A DNA stretch of 44,632 nt, from assembly GCA_047517405.1 (NCBI GenBank), contig JAKZSX010000002.1, positions 1 through 44,632 on the forward strand, given 5' to 3'. The notes beneath the pieces were generated by a model that did no database searches, was not told the DNA's origin, and saw nothing but the letters and a program-made list of their open reading frames with translations. Shown piece after piece: positions 1 to 8,733 of the stretch (position 1 is the stretch's first letter; the number at the start of each line of letters is the position of its first letter). The DNA comes from Candidatus Poribacteria bacterium (GTDB lineage Bacteria; Poribacteria; WGA-4E; PCPOR2b). A program made the translations under genes and the position numbers.

Positions 1-116
1 GCGATGAAATCGCCGGCATGTATCACCAATTCGACCCCTTCGTTGTTGAACAGTTCGACAGCTTTCTTGACCATTGGAACGTTGTCATGGCTGTCTGAAA
101 AAACACCAATTTTCAT
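1..116 (-). CDS. metallophosphoesterase (YfcE/MJ0936-like), N-terminal fragment; the gene continues beyond the window edge
   Basis: Minus-strand translation from the ATG at 116-114 gives [38 protein letters not shown]. It carries the DxH and GD motifs of calcineurin-like phosphoesterases. An AGGAGG Shine-Dalgarno is encoded at 121-126, just upstream. Confidence 0.6.
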   Translation of the reverse strand, partial: MKIGVFSDSHDNVPMVKKAVELFNNEGVELVIHAGDFI

Positions 117-164
117 ACTACCTCCTAGGACGCTATGCGTAAGTTCATCGGTGCGATAGGTGGC

Positions 165-1031
165 TTAACTGCTAAGCTCATGGGCTTTTTGCTCAATTAG
201 ATCTGGATCAACATAGCCTTTGTGCAGAACGACACGATACTGAAACTCAAGTTGCTCATCTTGCGGGAGCTGGAACGGTTCATAATAAGCCGGCGACGGG
301 TGGAGGATGCCGTAATTCTCCCTATTCCGCACCCACCATGTCGTTGGATGGCGCGGATTGGACGCGTGATCAATTATCGTTGCACCGTAGACGGCACCAT
401 CTTCCGCATGTGTCCCAGCGAAACCGCACCACCGGCTCTGTTTCCCGAAGATGTCCATCGGTTCCGTGCGTCCGTCCCCATCTAACAACTGCCCCGGCGT
501 GAGCGCGTTGTCAAATCGGATAGTCAAGCCGCTGTAGAACAATCCACCCCGTCCCGGCTCTCCGCGGTTGAGATCTAACGTCACCGCGCGTCCATGCGGC
601 TGAAACTGGAGTCGCAGGTCAATAACCAGATGATCCGCTTCCGGCGGAAACACGGTTGTCTGACGAATCTCCGTGAGATGGGTCACATCCTGCCAGTCAA
701 TCCACGCATTCTCGACTGTGAATTGGGCTTTTTCTACATCGGCGGATTGCGCCACGCAGCGTTGATGGACGATCCTCCCGAACCCTGTAGGATCTTCGCC
801 CGGCTTCGGTTGTTCCCAGAAATTCACACCGTCGACCTTTTTCCACGCAACCCACATTCCCTGATGATGGACATGGTCTTCAGGCTGGTTCATGGTCAGT
901 GGTGGCGAATCGGGCAGTCGAAGCGGCTGCCAGTAGGTTCGCTGCCCACCCGTTTGGAAGTGATAGTTGAGCAGCGTCTGCCCTTTCCAAGTTAAGCCCA
1001 ATCCATCATCGATTGATTCGAGTGTCAACAT
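165..1031 (-). CDS. DUF6807 / PmoA-family protein
   Basis: 288-aa ORF. The histidine/tryptophan-rich core HVHHQGMWVAWKKVDGVNFWE and the overall length resemble the PmoA-like DUF6807 family. Recognised by eye only. Confidence 0.65.
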   Translation of the reverse strand: MLTLESIDDGLGLTWKGQTLLNYHFQTGGQRTYWQPLRLPDSPPLTMNQPEDHVHHQGMWVAWKKVDGVNFWEQPKPGEDPTGFGRIVHQRCVAQSADVEKAQFTVENAWIDWQDVTHLTEIRQTTVFPPEADHLVIDLRLQFQPHGRAVTLDLNRGEPGRGGLFYSGLTIRFDNALTPGQLLDGDGRTEPMDIFGKQSRWCGFAGTHAEDGAVYGATIIDHASNPRHPTTWWVRNRENYGILHPSPAYYEPFQLPQDEQLEFQYRVVLHKGYVDPDLIEQKAHELSS

Positions 1032-1170
1032 CAGTTGTTCCTTTCTGGGAAAAGATACAAGGTTTGGAACGCATTATATTTTACTCCCAAGCCTTCCTTC
1101 TATAATTCTAACTCAAGTTGCTAGTTGCCAAACTCGCTCGGCTTGGATAGACATATCCAAGCCGTAAATA

Positions 1171-1245
1171 CCCGGGCTATAATGTAACGTTTTGGACTGA
1201 TTGGAAACCCCCGGACTATAGCGCAATGTTCCGGTCTGATTGAGC
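1171..1245. repeat. two imperfect tandem ~37-nt units in a 385-nt intergenic region
   Basis: CCCGGGCTATAATGTAACGTTTTGGACTGATTGG (from 1171) is followed directly by CCCGGACTATAGCGCAATGTTCCGGTCTGATTG (from 1209). About three quarters of positions are identical. Confidence 0.5.
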
Positions 1246-1415
1246 CTAGATTGTTGCGCTACAGTATCTGGTATTCTGTGGCGTAATGTGCTGGGTATCT
1301 TGTGTAGTGGATTTGTCAATCCCCTGCGAGCGGTGATTGATTCCCATTTTCCGAGTTTGCAACGTTCCTATAAGTGGCAACTTGGATTATTCTAGTGTCC
1401 TTTTCTATTTCCGAA

Positions 1416-3368
1416 TCAAGCATTTCGATAATCAATTATTGCCTGCCGATATGCCTCCGGCACGCCGATATCGAAACATCTGCCTTTGACAACGTAACCC
1501 GAAAAGTTATCCTCTTTCCGCAATTTGTCTAGGCAAGAGGTCAACTGAAACTCACCCCGTTCGCGAAGGCTATGGATGATGTTTTCTTCAAGGTAGTCGA
1601 AAATCTCTGGCACCAACACATACATGCCGAACACGGTCAGAAATTCATCTTCCTCCATCCCCTCCACATGAAGATGCTGTCGGGCGTATTCGACAGTGGG
1701 TTTTTCGTAGAACTCTGTTATTGAAAGAATAGTGTCCGATTCTTGCCAGGTGCCAGTCGCACAGCCAAAGTTGTGAATCTGGTCTGCGGGTGTAGGGCTC
1801 AACCCAACTACGCTATGCTCCACCCGATTATAGACATCCAGGATCTGCCGCGCACAGGACACCTCATTATCGGAGGCGTAGAGATGGTCTCCCAGCATCA
1901 GCAAGAATGGTTCGCCGTTGACCCACTCCCGTGTGCAAAAGACAGCGTGTCCAAATCCCTCCTGAACATCTTGGGTCACAAACGAGATCCGCTGCCCCAA
2001 GTCCATCAGATACTGGGAATACTCCTGATCTTCCTTGGATAGCTTGTTGAAGTTCTCAATAAACGGAGGAGTCTTGAAAAACCGCTCAAAGAGTTCCCGG
2101 TCCCTGCTTTGCACAACAAGGCAGACCTCCTCGATGCCGGCGTTAATTGCCTCTTCGACGATTGCCATGATGACCGGCTTCGGTTTGCCGGATTTGTCAA
2201 TGATAGGGAAAAGTTCCTTCTTTATCGCCTTTGACGCTGGAAATAGGCGGGTCCCGAAACCGGCAGCGGGAATCACCGCTTTTCGTACACGCTGTCCCGC
2301 CTGAATCACCAATTTCAAACAGGACATCTTCAGGTCTCGCTCGATAATTTCGATGACCTTCTGCTGGCTCTCCTGATCCTTGACGATAAATTGTGCGGTG
2401 CCGTCTCCTTGTGAGCCGACGCCTTTCCCGCCCAGTATGTATGGTTGGATAGGGTCGTAGTTGAGAACTTTGTGCAGCACAGGTGCCGTCAGTTGCGACG
2501 GACAGGCGGGTTGAATGTGCTTGTCGAATTCCGCCTGTGCTTTTCTCATCAGCTCCCCGATGCTGGCTGCATCGCCTTGGTGTAATGCCTTGTATGCTTC
2601 GTGGGTTATCCCTGTGCTGATTGGGCCGAGATATTTTTGGACATTCCTTTGCATTTCGTTTTCGGCAAAGGGGTAACAGTGGTTGAGCTGGTTGAGTATC
2701 TGCCTCGTATCCTTGCCCGCCCCCAGATCGACGATGACGAAGTATAGATCTTTCGACACGTTAATCTCTTCGACATCAATTCGATCGCCATCAAACGTCA
2801 TCATGATGGGGCGATTGCCGTAAGCGCAGCCCTGATCCATCCGACCGCAGCGGGAAGGCGTGGTAATCTCACCGATGTAAGCGTATTCCATTTCGCCGCG
2901 GACGGTCATCTTCAGGTCATAAATGCGATTGAATGCGCGAGCGACAAGGACACAGGTTGCCGCGCTGGAGGAAAGTCCCTTCTCGGCAGGCAGATCGGTC
3001 AGATAATTGTCGATCTCAAGCCCATGCACCTGATAGTGCGTCAGAATCTGGTAGGCGACCCCAGCTGCATAGCTGAAGAAGCTGCCCTTTTGTGCTTCGG
3101 TGAGAAGTGCCTCGCTTTCCATGGGCACTTCAAACGGTTCCATGCGTGTGCCGTCGCTTAGCGTCGTTCGTAGAATCAGTTTGGTTGGGTGAGGGTGCAC
3201 CTCAGCATACAGTCCCTGATTGGTGCTAGAGATAATCGCATACCCCTTTTCTAAATCGGCGTTGATGCGACGATAGCCGCCCGCCCAATCGGTGTGTTCA
3301 CCAAAGAGGCAGATACGGCCTGGCACAAAAATCTTCATCTTCGGACTCCGGTTTTTATAATCTCCCAA
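1416..3368 (-). CDS. fusion protein: GHMP-family sugar kinase (N-terminal) plus GalU/UGPase-type sugar-1-phosphate nucleotidyltransferase (C-terminal)
   Basis: Single 650-aa ORF. The N-terminal half has the galactokinase-like GRICLFGEHTDWAGG motif and the GHMP motif PAEKGLSSSAA. From about residue 360 it has the nucleotidyltransferase motif AVIPAAGFGTRLFPASKAIKKELFPI. The likely true start is MKIF at 3338, with GGAG about 9 nt upstream. Confidence 0.8.
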   Translation of the reverse strand: MGDYKNRSPKMKIFVPGRICLFGEHTDWAGGYRRINADLEKGYAIISSTNQGLYAEVHPHPTKLILRTTLSDGTRMEPFEVPMESEALLTEAQKGSFFSYAAGVAYQILTHYQVHGLEIDNYLTDLPAEKGLSSSAATCVLVARAFNRIYDLKMTVRGEMEYAYIGEITTPSRCGRMDQGCAYGNRPIMMTFDGDRIDVEEINVSKDLYFVIVDLGAGKDTRQILNQLNHCYPFAENEMQRNVQKYLGPISTGITHEAYKALHQGDAASIGELMRKAQAEFDKHIQPACPSQLTAPVLHKVLNYDPIQPYILGGKGVGSQGDGTAQFIVKDQESQQKVIEIIERDLKMSCLKLVIQAGQRVRKAVIPAAGFGTRLFPASKAIKKELFPIIDKSGKPKPVIMAIVEEAINAGIEEVCLVVQSRDRELFERFFKTPPFIENFNKLSKEDQEYSQYLMDLGQRISFVTQDVQEGFGHAVFCTREWVNGEPFLLMLGDHLYASDNEVSCARQILDVYNRVEHSVVGLSPTPADQIHNFGCATGTWQESDTILSITEFYEKPTVEYARQHLHVEGMEEDEFLTVFGMYVLVPEIFDYLEENIIHSLRERGEFQLTSCLDKLRKEDNFSGYVVKGRCFDIGVPEAYRQAIIDYRNA

Positions 3369-3410
3369 GGTACAATTACGGTGTGATATGATTAGGTGCT
3401 GTTGACATTT

Positions 3411-3441
3411 GGGTGTCGAGTATGGAAACTCGACCTACGGG
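3411..3441 (-). repeat. REP-like element (GTAG head plus 7-bp hairpin)
   Basis: The minus strand reads CCCGTAG-GTCGAGT-TTCCAT-ACTCGAC-ACCC. The stem pairs 3415-3421 with 3428-3434. Confidence 0.55.
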
Positions 3442-3482
3442 CTATCTAGCTTCTGTTGGCGTTTGACAAATTGAACCCAACT

Positions 3483-3511
3483 GGGCAGGCACAAGACCTG
3501 CCCCTACATTT
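3483..3511 (-). repeat. REP-like element (GTAG head plus 7-bp hairpin GGGCAGG/CCTGCCC)
   Basis: The plus strand reads GGGCAGGCACAAGACCTGCCCCTACATTT. A 29-nt near-identical copy (2 mismatches) lies at 8734-8762. Confidence 0.65.
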
Positions 3512-3518
3512 GTTCCTC

Positions 3519-5219
3519 CTACCAACCTACCGCATAACCATCTCGTCGTGGGTCTGATCCGCCGATAAGCGCGCCCGAATCTGAGTCAATCCGAATCGCC
3601 TGTGCGCTGCCGGGTCCGCCCCAATCTCCCAAGATTTGGAGTTCATGTCCCCGTCGAGCGAGTTCACTGCGAACATCTTCCGGGAATCGTCCTTCGAGCT
3701 GAAGCGCGTCCTCACAGGTGTGCGGTATGGTGGATTCCATCGGGTTCTGTAAGTTGCGCCAACGCGGTGCCTCGACAGCTTCCTGCGACGTCATTCCGAA
3801 ATCGACGACGTGGGTAACCAACTGAAGGTTGGTTTGTACCTGTGTGTCCGCTCCGGGTGTTCCGCAAACCAAGAAGGCTTTACCATCCTTTGTTACAATC
3901 ACAGGGTTCATGGTGTGACGCACACGCTTGCCGGGCATGAGGCAATTCGGATGGTCCGCCTCAAGATGCCAATACGTCATCCGGTTGTTGAGCAAGATAC
4001 CGGTGTCTCCAGCGATGAGACTTGAACCAAATCCCGATTGTATGCTCTGCAAGACGCAGACAGCATTTCCCGCGCCATCCGCCGTGCAGAAGCAGGTGGT
4101 GTCCTCAAACTGTTCGGGCCCACCGGAGGGAACATCTGTCGCCGCCCGGCTGAGATCGATGCGTTCAGCCTGCTTTTTGGCATAATCTTTGGACAGCATG
4201 CCTTTGATGGGGACATCGACCCAATCCGGGTCTGCCATATATTTCTCCCGATCTGCAAACGAGAGTTTTTTCGCCTCGACCATCAGGTGCACGCTTTCAG
4301 CCGTGTTGCAGCCCATCGATTTTAGATCGAACTGCTCGACGATGTTCAACTCCTGCAATAAGATATGCCCGCTCGAATTGGGCGGCATCTCATAAACCTC
4401 ATACCCCCGATAGTTGGTGTGGATAGGCTCACTCCAACGGGCATGGTAATCTGCGAGGTCTTTCTCAGTCAACAAGCCGTCATATTTTTCGCTAAACTCC
4501 ACAATCGCTCTAGCAATTTCACCTTCATAGAGGGTGCCGCGTCCCTCTGCGGCGATTTTCTGTAGGGTACTTCCGAGTGCTTTGTTGTAGATAATTTCTC
4601 CCGGTTTGGGTGGGTCGCCGTCATTGGTAAATATTGGGCGTGTGTATGGATCTTGGGCGAAGCGCGAATTTTCGCCTTTGAGCCCCCCGGCAAGATTGTG
4701 GCTGATAGGAAAGCCGTTTTCGCATAGCGAAATCGCTGGCTCAAATGCCTGCTCCAATTTAAGCGCACCGTAACGCTCGTGCGCTTTAAGCCAGCCATCG
4801 ACGATGCCCGGCACCGAGACGCTGCGGATGCCCTTCATCGGAATCCCGCCATCCCGCAAGTACAGTTCGCGGGTTGCTGCGTAAGGCGCGGGCCCTGTTG
4901 CGTTCACACCCGTCACCGTGCCGGTTTCCGCCCAGTAAATCAGGATAAATCCATCCCCGCCAACGCCAGATCCTGCCGGTTCAACCACACCCAACGCTGC
5001 TGCCGTTGCGACTGCGGCATCAACGGCATTCCCACCTGCCAAAATCGCCTGCATCCCAGCCTGTGATGCGAGCATATGCCCCGATGTAACCATGCTGTTT
5101 CTGCCCATCGCAGAGGGTCGAAATCCCGAAAATTTAATCCCATGTGGTGATTGCATGTTTTGTCCTCCGAAGTTGTAATCTTTGAACCCTTGAGGGATTG
5201 CGCTGCTACCATCAGTCAC
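3519..5219 (-). CDS. ggt: gamma-glutamyltransferase family protein
   Basis: 566-aa ORF with GSGVGGDGFILIYW, an autoprocessing-threonine region DTTCFCTADGAGNAVCVLQSIQSGFGS, and CGTPGADTQVQ near the C-terminus. No obvious signal peptide. The start codon is uncertain because several in-frame Met codons are available. Confidence 0.85.
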   Translation of the reverse strand: MTDGSSAIPQGFKDYNFGGQNMQSPHGIKFSGFRPSAMGRNSMVTSGHMLASQAGMQAILAGGNAVDAAVATAAALGVVEPAGSGVGGDGFILIYWAETGTVTGVNATGPAPYAATRELYLRDGGIPMKGIRSVSVPGIVDGWLKAHERYGALKLEQAFEPAISLCENGFPISHNLAGGLKGENSRFAQDPYTRPIFTNDGDPPKPGEIIYNKALGSTLQKIAAEGRGTLYEGEIARAIVEFSEKYDGLLTEKDLADYHARWSEPIHTNYRGYEVYEMPPNSSGHILLQELNIVEQFDLKSMGCNTAESVHLMVEAKKLSFADREKYMADPDWVDVPIKGMLSKDYAKKQAERIDLSRAATDVPSGGPEQFEDTTCFCTADGAGNAVCVLQSIQSGFGSSLIAGDTGILLNNRMTYWHLEADHPNCLMPGKRVRHTMNPVIVTKDGKAFLVCGTPGADTQVQTNLQLVTHVVDFGMTSQEAVEAPRWRNLQNPMESTIPHTCEDALQLEGRFPEDVRSELARRGHELQILGDWGGPGSAQAIRIDSDSGALIGGSDPRRDGYAVGW

Positions 5220-5486
5220 AACTTTAGCATCATTGGCTCCAAAAAATCAAGTACAAACTTGTCCACGTTGCTTGCACAACGGATTCAACCACCCTAACAA
5301 TGAATGCAGTAAAATTGGAACAAATCGCTTTCTCCGGTGTATAAACTCGCAAGCATCCTATCACAATTCTAAACAATCCATCAATTTAATTTTCTGGTCT
5401 TCGGCGACCTGAGTAGGACGATAAACTGCTTAGGACAGTGTGTTCCGTTCAGTTCCGTAATTTGATCCCCCGATCTTAATCGGTGC

Positions 5487-5515
5487 TTGACACCTTTGGG
5501 CAAAGATGATAGAAT
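5487..5515 (+). promoter_or_regulatory. sigma70-type promoter for the TPR gene
   Basis: TTGACA (5487-5492), a 17-nt spacer, then TAGAAT (5510-5515) preceded by TGa (extended -10). It lies about 65 nt upstream of the ATG at 5580, and AGGAG is present before the start. Confidence 0.55.
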
Positions 5516-5579
5516 GCGCGAGGAAGATAAAATTCGTTTCACGCTTTTGTAACAAAATACACCAACAGGAGTTTGAAAG

Positions 5580-6818
5580 ATGAAAAGATTCATTATTGTA
5601 GAGATTATTGTTATCGCAGCCTTAGCGATTGGCTTTTTTGTTGGCAGAGCGTCAAAGGCAGGAGACAGCCTAGTTGCTTACTACACAAGCGGGGATGCTG
5701 CGTGGGAAAAGGCCCAGCAGGCGGATACCCCTCCCGTAACTCTTGAGGATGAAGATCAGAAGCGTGTCAGCGAGGTCAGGGCTTTATACCGGCATGTGTT
5801 CGAGAGATACCCCGATAATCGTTGGGCGGATGACGCTGTCTATCAGTTGTCATCGCGGCTTGGACGGACGGACGAGGAAGCCTTCGCGCTGTTTCGACGG
5901 CTCATTAACAACTACCCCGACAGCGAATGGGTAGATGATTCGCTCTATACCATTGCCATCGCTTACTACCGACTGGCGGAAGATATTAAAAAAACAGATA
6001 GCGTTGAGAGCGCGGATGCCTACTACGATCGGGCATCGGCGATGTTTGATCAGCTCATCCAAGACTATCCCGGCAGTGCACTCTCGGACGAATCCCATTT
6101 CAACAGGGCGATGTGTCTCTATGGAAAAGAGATGTGGACCGACGCGCTTGAGGCGTTAGATGGGTTGAGGGAAGCCTTCATGGGTAGCGATCTCCTGTAT
6201 AGTATTGTGTATTATACTGGGATGATTTTTACCGAGAGGCAAGCGTATGACGAAGCGCGAGTCGAGTTTCAGAACGTCGTCAGTTCGGGCCATGAAGAAC
6301 TTGCCCCACTTGCACAGTTTGGCATCGGTCAAACCTACTTTGCGGAAGCGAAATATGATGAAGCGATTGAGAGTTACCAAAAGGTAATTGACACATACCC
6401 TGACACCAACATGGCGCAGGAGTCACACTTTAACATCGGTTGGGCGTATGAGAAGTTGAAAAAGTATGACGAAGCGATTATCCAGGTGGAGGGAGCGATA
6501 GAGAAATATCCGCACAATGAGAATATAGCCAATATGCAGTTTTATGTTGGACAGATTTACTATGCAAAGGAAGATACCGATGGGGCAATCAACGCGTATC
6601 GCAAAGTCGCCGATAATCCGACCTATAATTACGATACACGAAGGCAGGCGCAATATTGGGTTGGCTACATCTATGAAAAAGCGGATAGAACGGAGGAGGC
6701 AATAGGGGAATACCAGCAACTGCTCAAAGACTTCCCAGAACCTCACCGCACACTCCGCCACCCATCGAACAATATCAACGAAAACTATATTCAGAAACTG
6801 CGGACCGGAGAGTTATAA
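5580..6818 (+). CDS. membrane-anchored tetratricopeptide-repeat protein (YbgF/BamD-like repeats)
   Basis: N-terminal hydrophobic helix IIVEIIVIAALAIGFFVG. This is followed by repeated units such as YPDNRWADDAVYQL, YPDSEWVDDSLYTIA, YPGSALSDESHFNRA and YPDTNMAQESHFNIG. Confidence 0.8.
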   Translation: MKRFIIVEIIVIAALAIGFFVGRASKAGDSLVAYYTSGDAAWEKAQQADTPPVTLEDEDQKRVSEVRALYRHVFERYPDNRWADDAVYQLSSRLGRTDEEAFALFRRLINNYPDSEWVDDSLYTIAIAYYRLAEDIKKTDSVESADAYYDRASAMFDQLIQDYPGSALSDESHFNRAMCLYGKEMWTDALEALDGLREAFMGSDLLYSIVYYTGMIFTERQAYDEARVEFQNVVSSGHEELAPLAQFGIGQTYFAEAKYDEAIESYQKVIDTYPDTNMAQESHFNIGWAYEKLKKYDEAIIQVEGAIEKYPHNENIANMQFYVGQIYYAKEDTDGAINAYRKVADNPTYNYDTRRQAQYWVGYIYEKADRTEEAIGEYQQLLKDFPEPHRTLRHPSNNINENYIQKLRTGEL

Positions 6819-6851
6819 AACGATTTCTGAATTGGCAAAATTTGGCTTCAT

Positions 6852-6899
6852 GGGCAAACAAACCTTGTGGAGGTGCTAAACCTTCACAAGGCTGTGCCC
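6852..6899. terminator. long hairpin between convergent genes (terminator-like, no T-tract)
   Basis: CCTTGTGGAGG (6863-6873) pairs with CCTTCACAAGG (6881-6891), with one G-U pair. The outer GGGCA/TGCCC can extend the stem. No U-run follows. Confidence 0.3.
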
Positions 6900-6996
6900 A
6901 CTTCATCTATTGCGAAAAATTCTACGCCTCCCAAATCTTCTAAAACACGCTTACCTTACAGTCCCTATCTCCCCGAAAATTACCAGAGCTTATACA

Positions 6997-7809
6997 CTAT
7001 CGACGATGCACGTCGAGGTAAACGAACACCCGCTTGATTTGCTCAATACGCTTCTGCAAAGCTGCCGCACGTTCAAAACGCAGGGCAATTGCCTCCCGAT
7101 CCCGCTCCGCGGTCAGCTTCTTGATGACGGCGCGATATCTCCCCTCTAATATATGAACCACATCGTCAATCATTGCACGGTAGATCTCACGGCTGACTTT
7201 CGCCGCGCAGGGAGCCTGACAACGCTTCAGGTGGTAGCTGAAGCAGGGGCGAAAATCCGGCAGTGGGGTGATGGTTCCCTCACATGTCCGAATCGGAAAA
7301 ATCCGGTGTAATACCTCAATAACCTCCCTTGTCCATCTCAGACTTGAATAGGGTCCAAAATAGCGTGCCTCATCCGCTTCTTCCTTGAAAACGATTGTTA
7401 CCTTGGGGAAATCCTCGTTGAGCGTCACCTTAATGAACGGGGACCTGCGGACAAATTTCAGGCTGGTGTTATACGGCGGTTGATGGCGTTTGATAAGGCG
7501 GGACTCCAGCAGTAATGCCTCTAACTCGGAAGCGCAGACTTGGTAGTCAATTTGTGTTGCGTGTTGCACTAACCGCTTGATCTTGCCCCAGCGATTCTGC
7601 TTAGAGTTATATAGGTATGATCGCACCCGTTTGTTTAGCGATTTTGCCTTGCCGATGTAGAGAATTTCTCCAGACCTGCTGAGAAAAAAGTATACACCCG
7701 GCAGCGACGGGAGATTGACAACCATTTCCTTGGTAAGCATCGTTGATATCAGAGGCGAATGGCGGGGTGGAGGGAAAGGAAGGCTGACAGAAGCTGTTGG
7801 AACTTCCAA
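6997..7809 (-). CDS. Cho-like nuclease: UvrC N-terminal half (GIY-YIG, Cys-rich and UVR domains) without the C-terminal endonuclease/HhH half
   Basis: GVYFFLSRSGEILYIGKAKSLNKRVRSY (GIY-YIG), the UvrC-type PIRTCEG...CFSYHLKRCQAPC segment, and a UVR-like LRFERAAALQKRIEQI. The likely true start is MLTKEM at 7740. Confidence 0.75.
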   Translation of the reverse strand: MEVPTASVSLPFPPPRHSPLISTMLTKEMVVNLPSLPGVYFFLSRSGEILYIGKAKSLNKRVRSYLYNSKQNRWGKIKRLVQHATQIDYQVCASELEALLLESRLIKRHQPPYNTSLKFVRRSPFIKVTLNEDFPKVTIVFKEEADEARYFGPYSSLRWTREVIEVLHRIFPIRTCEGTITPLPDFRPCFSYHLKRCQAPCAAKVSREIYRAMIDDVVHILEGRYRAVIKKLTAERDREAIALRFERAAALQKRIEQIKRVFVYLDVHRR

Positions 7810-7876
7810 TCTTCTTGCCTTCCGCGTTTTAAGTTCTTACGCACAGATTGCGGTAATCGAAAAGAGAATCGTGGGC

Positions 7877-8602
7877 TTAGTTTGCGAATGGGAACGTTCC
7901 ATCGTATCCGCGTGGACGTGAGACATGCCAAATCCCTTCATACATTGGTGTTACCTGATAATGGCAGACCACGTTGCTCCGTTCCATGTCGTCCCGCTCT
8001 TTCGCGCCTTGGTGGGGGATATGGTTGATGAACACCACGCAATCGCCAGCCTTTGGGTAGAGGATAACGTGCTCCTGCGCCTCACACCACGCTTCAAACT
8101 TGGGACGGTCCAACGGATATAGATGAGGCGGTTCGACAAGATGACCGCCTTTGACATACTTCAGGTGTCCTGAACCGGGGGCATTATCCTGAAAATAGTA
8201 GGTTGCGTTGAACCCAATGGGGGACACTGTAAAGCGAAACTTCTCCGCTTCCCGTTTTTCCTGCCAATAGCCGTAGAAGTCTAGGTGCCACTCTTGCAGG
8301 TATGGTCCCGGGTTGATGTGCGCACGCAGACTCCGTAGTTGGCACTGCTTCCCCATCATGCCTTCGAGGTAAGGGCGGATACTTGGATGACCCACCAACG
8401 GAGCAAACGTTTCTGGTTCCCGGTCTAGCAGGGAGTCAAACCACATATTGCCCACCGCGTTCAGCCCTTCCTCCCAGCCCATCTCACGGGCATAGTTGAT
8501 GCGCTGCCGAATATGTTCCGTTTCCTCCGGGGACAGTGCTCCCTCTATCAGTATGAAACCGTCCTGCTCTAATCTATCCAATGTGCTTTCGATGTTTTCC
8601 AT
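7877..8602 (-). CDS. phytanoyl-CoA dioxygenase (PhyH) family Fe(II)/2-oxoglutarate oxygenase
   Basis: LEQDGFILIEGALSPEE N-terminus, WHLDF and a late HQG, as expected for PhyH-like proteins. I prefer the ATG at 8602 (MENIES), which has AAGGAG upstream. The ORF track extends to 8647. Confidence 0.7.
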   Translation of the reverse strand: MENIESTLDRLEQDGFILIEGALSPEETEHIRQRINYAREMGWEEGLNAVGNMWFDSLLDREPETFAPLVGHPSIRPYLEGMMGKQCQLRSLRAHINPGPYLQEWHLDFYGYWQEKREAEKFRFTVSPIGFNATYYFQDNAPGSGHLKYVKGGHLVEPPHLYPLDRPKFEAWCEAQEHVILYPKAGDCVVFINHIPHQGAKERDDMERSNVVCHYQVTPMYEGIWHVSRPRGYDGTFPFAN

Positions 8603-8733
8603 AGCCTGCAAAGGTCTCCTTGTCAGTCGGGTCAATTTTCGAGCCAACCAATACAGTTCTTGTCCTTAGTTTACTACATCTTGCCGGAATCGTCGATCCG
8701 CAATTTGAAAATTAGAAATAACGCAAGTATTTT

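Noticed and set aside
1113-1319. 68-aa minus-strand ORF in the long spacer
   Set aside because: Its repeated TLRYSPG / TLHYSPG segments are just the translation of the tandem DNA units. It has no RBS.
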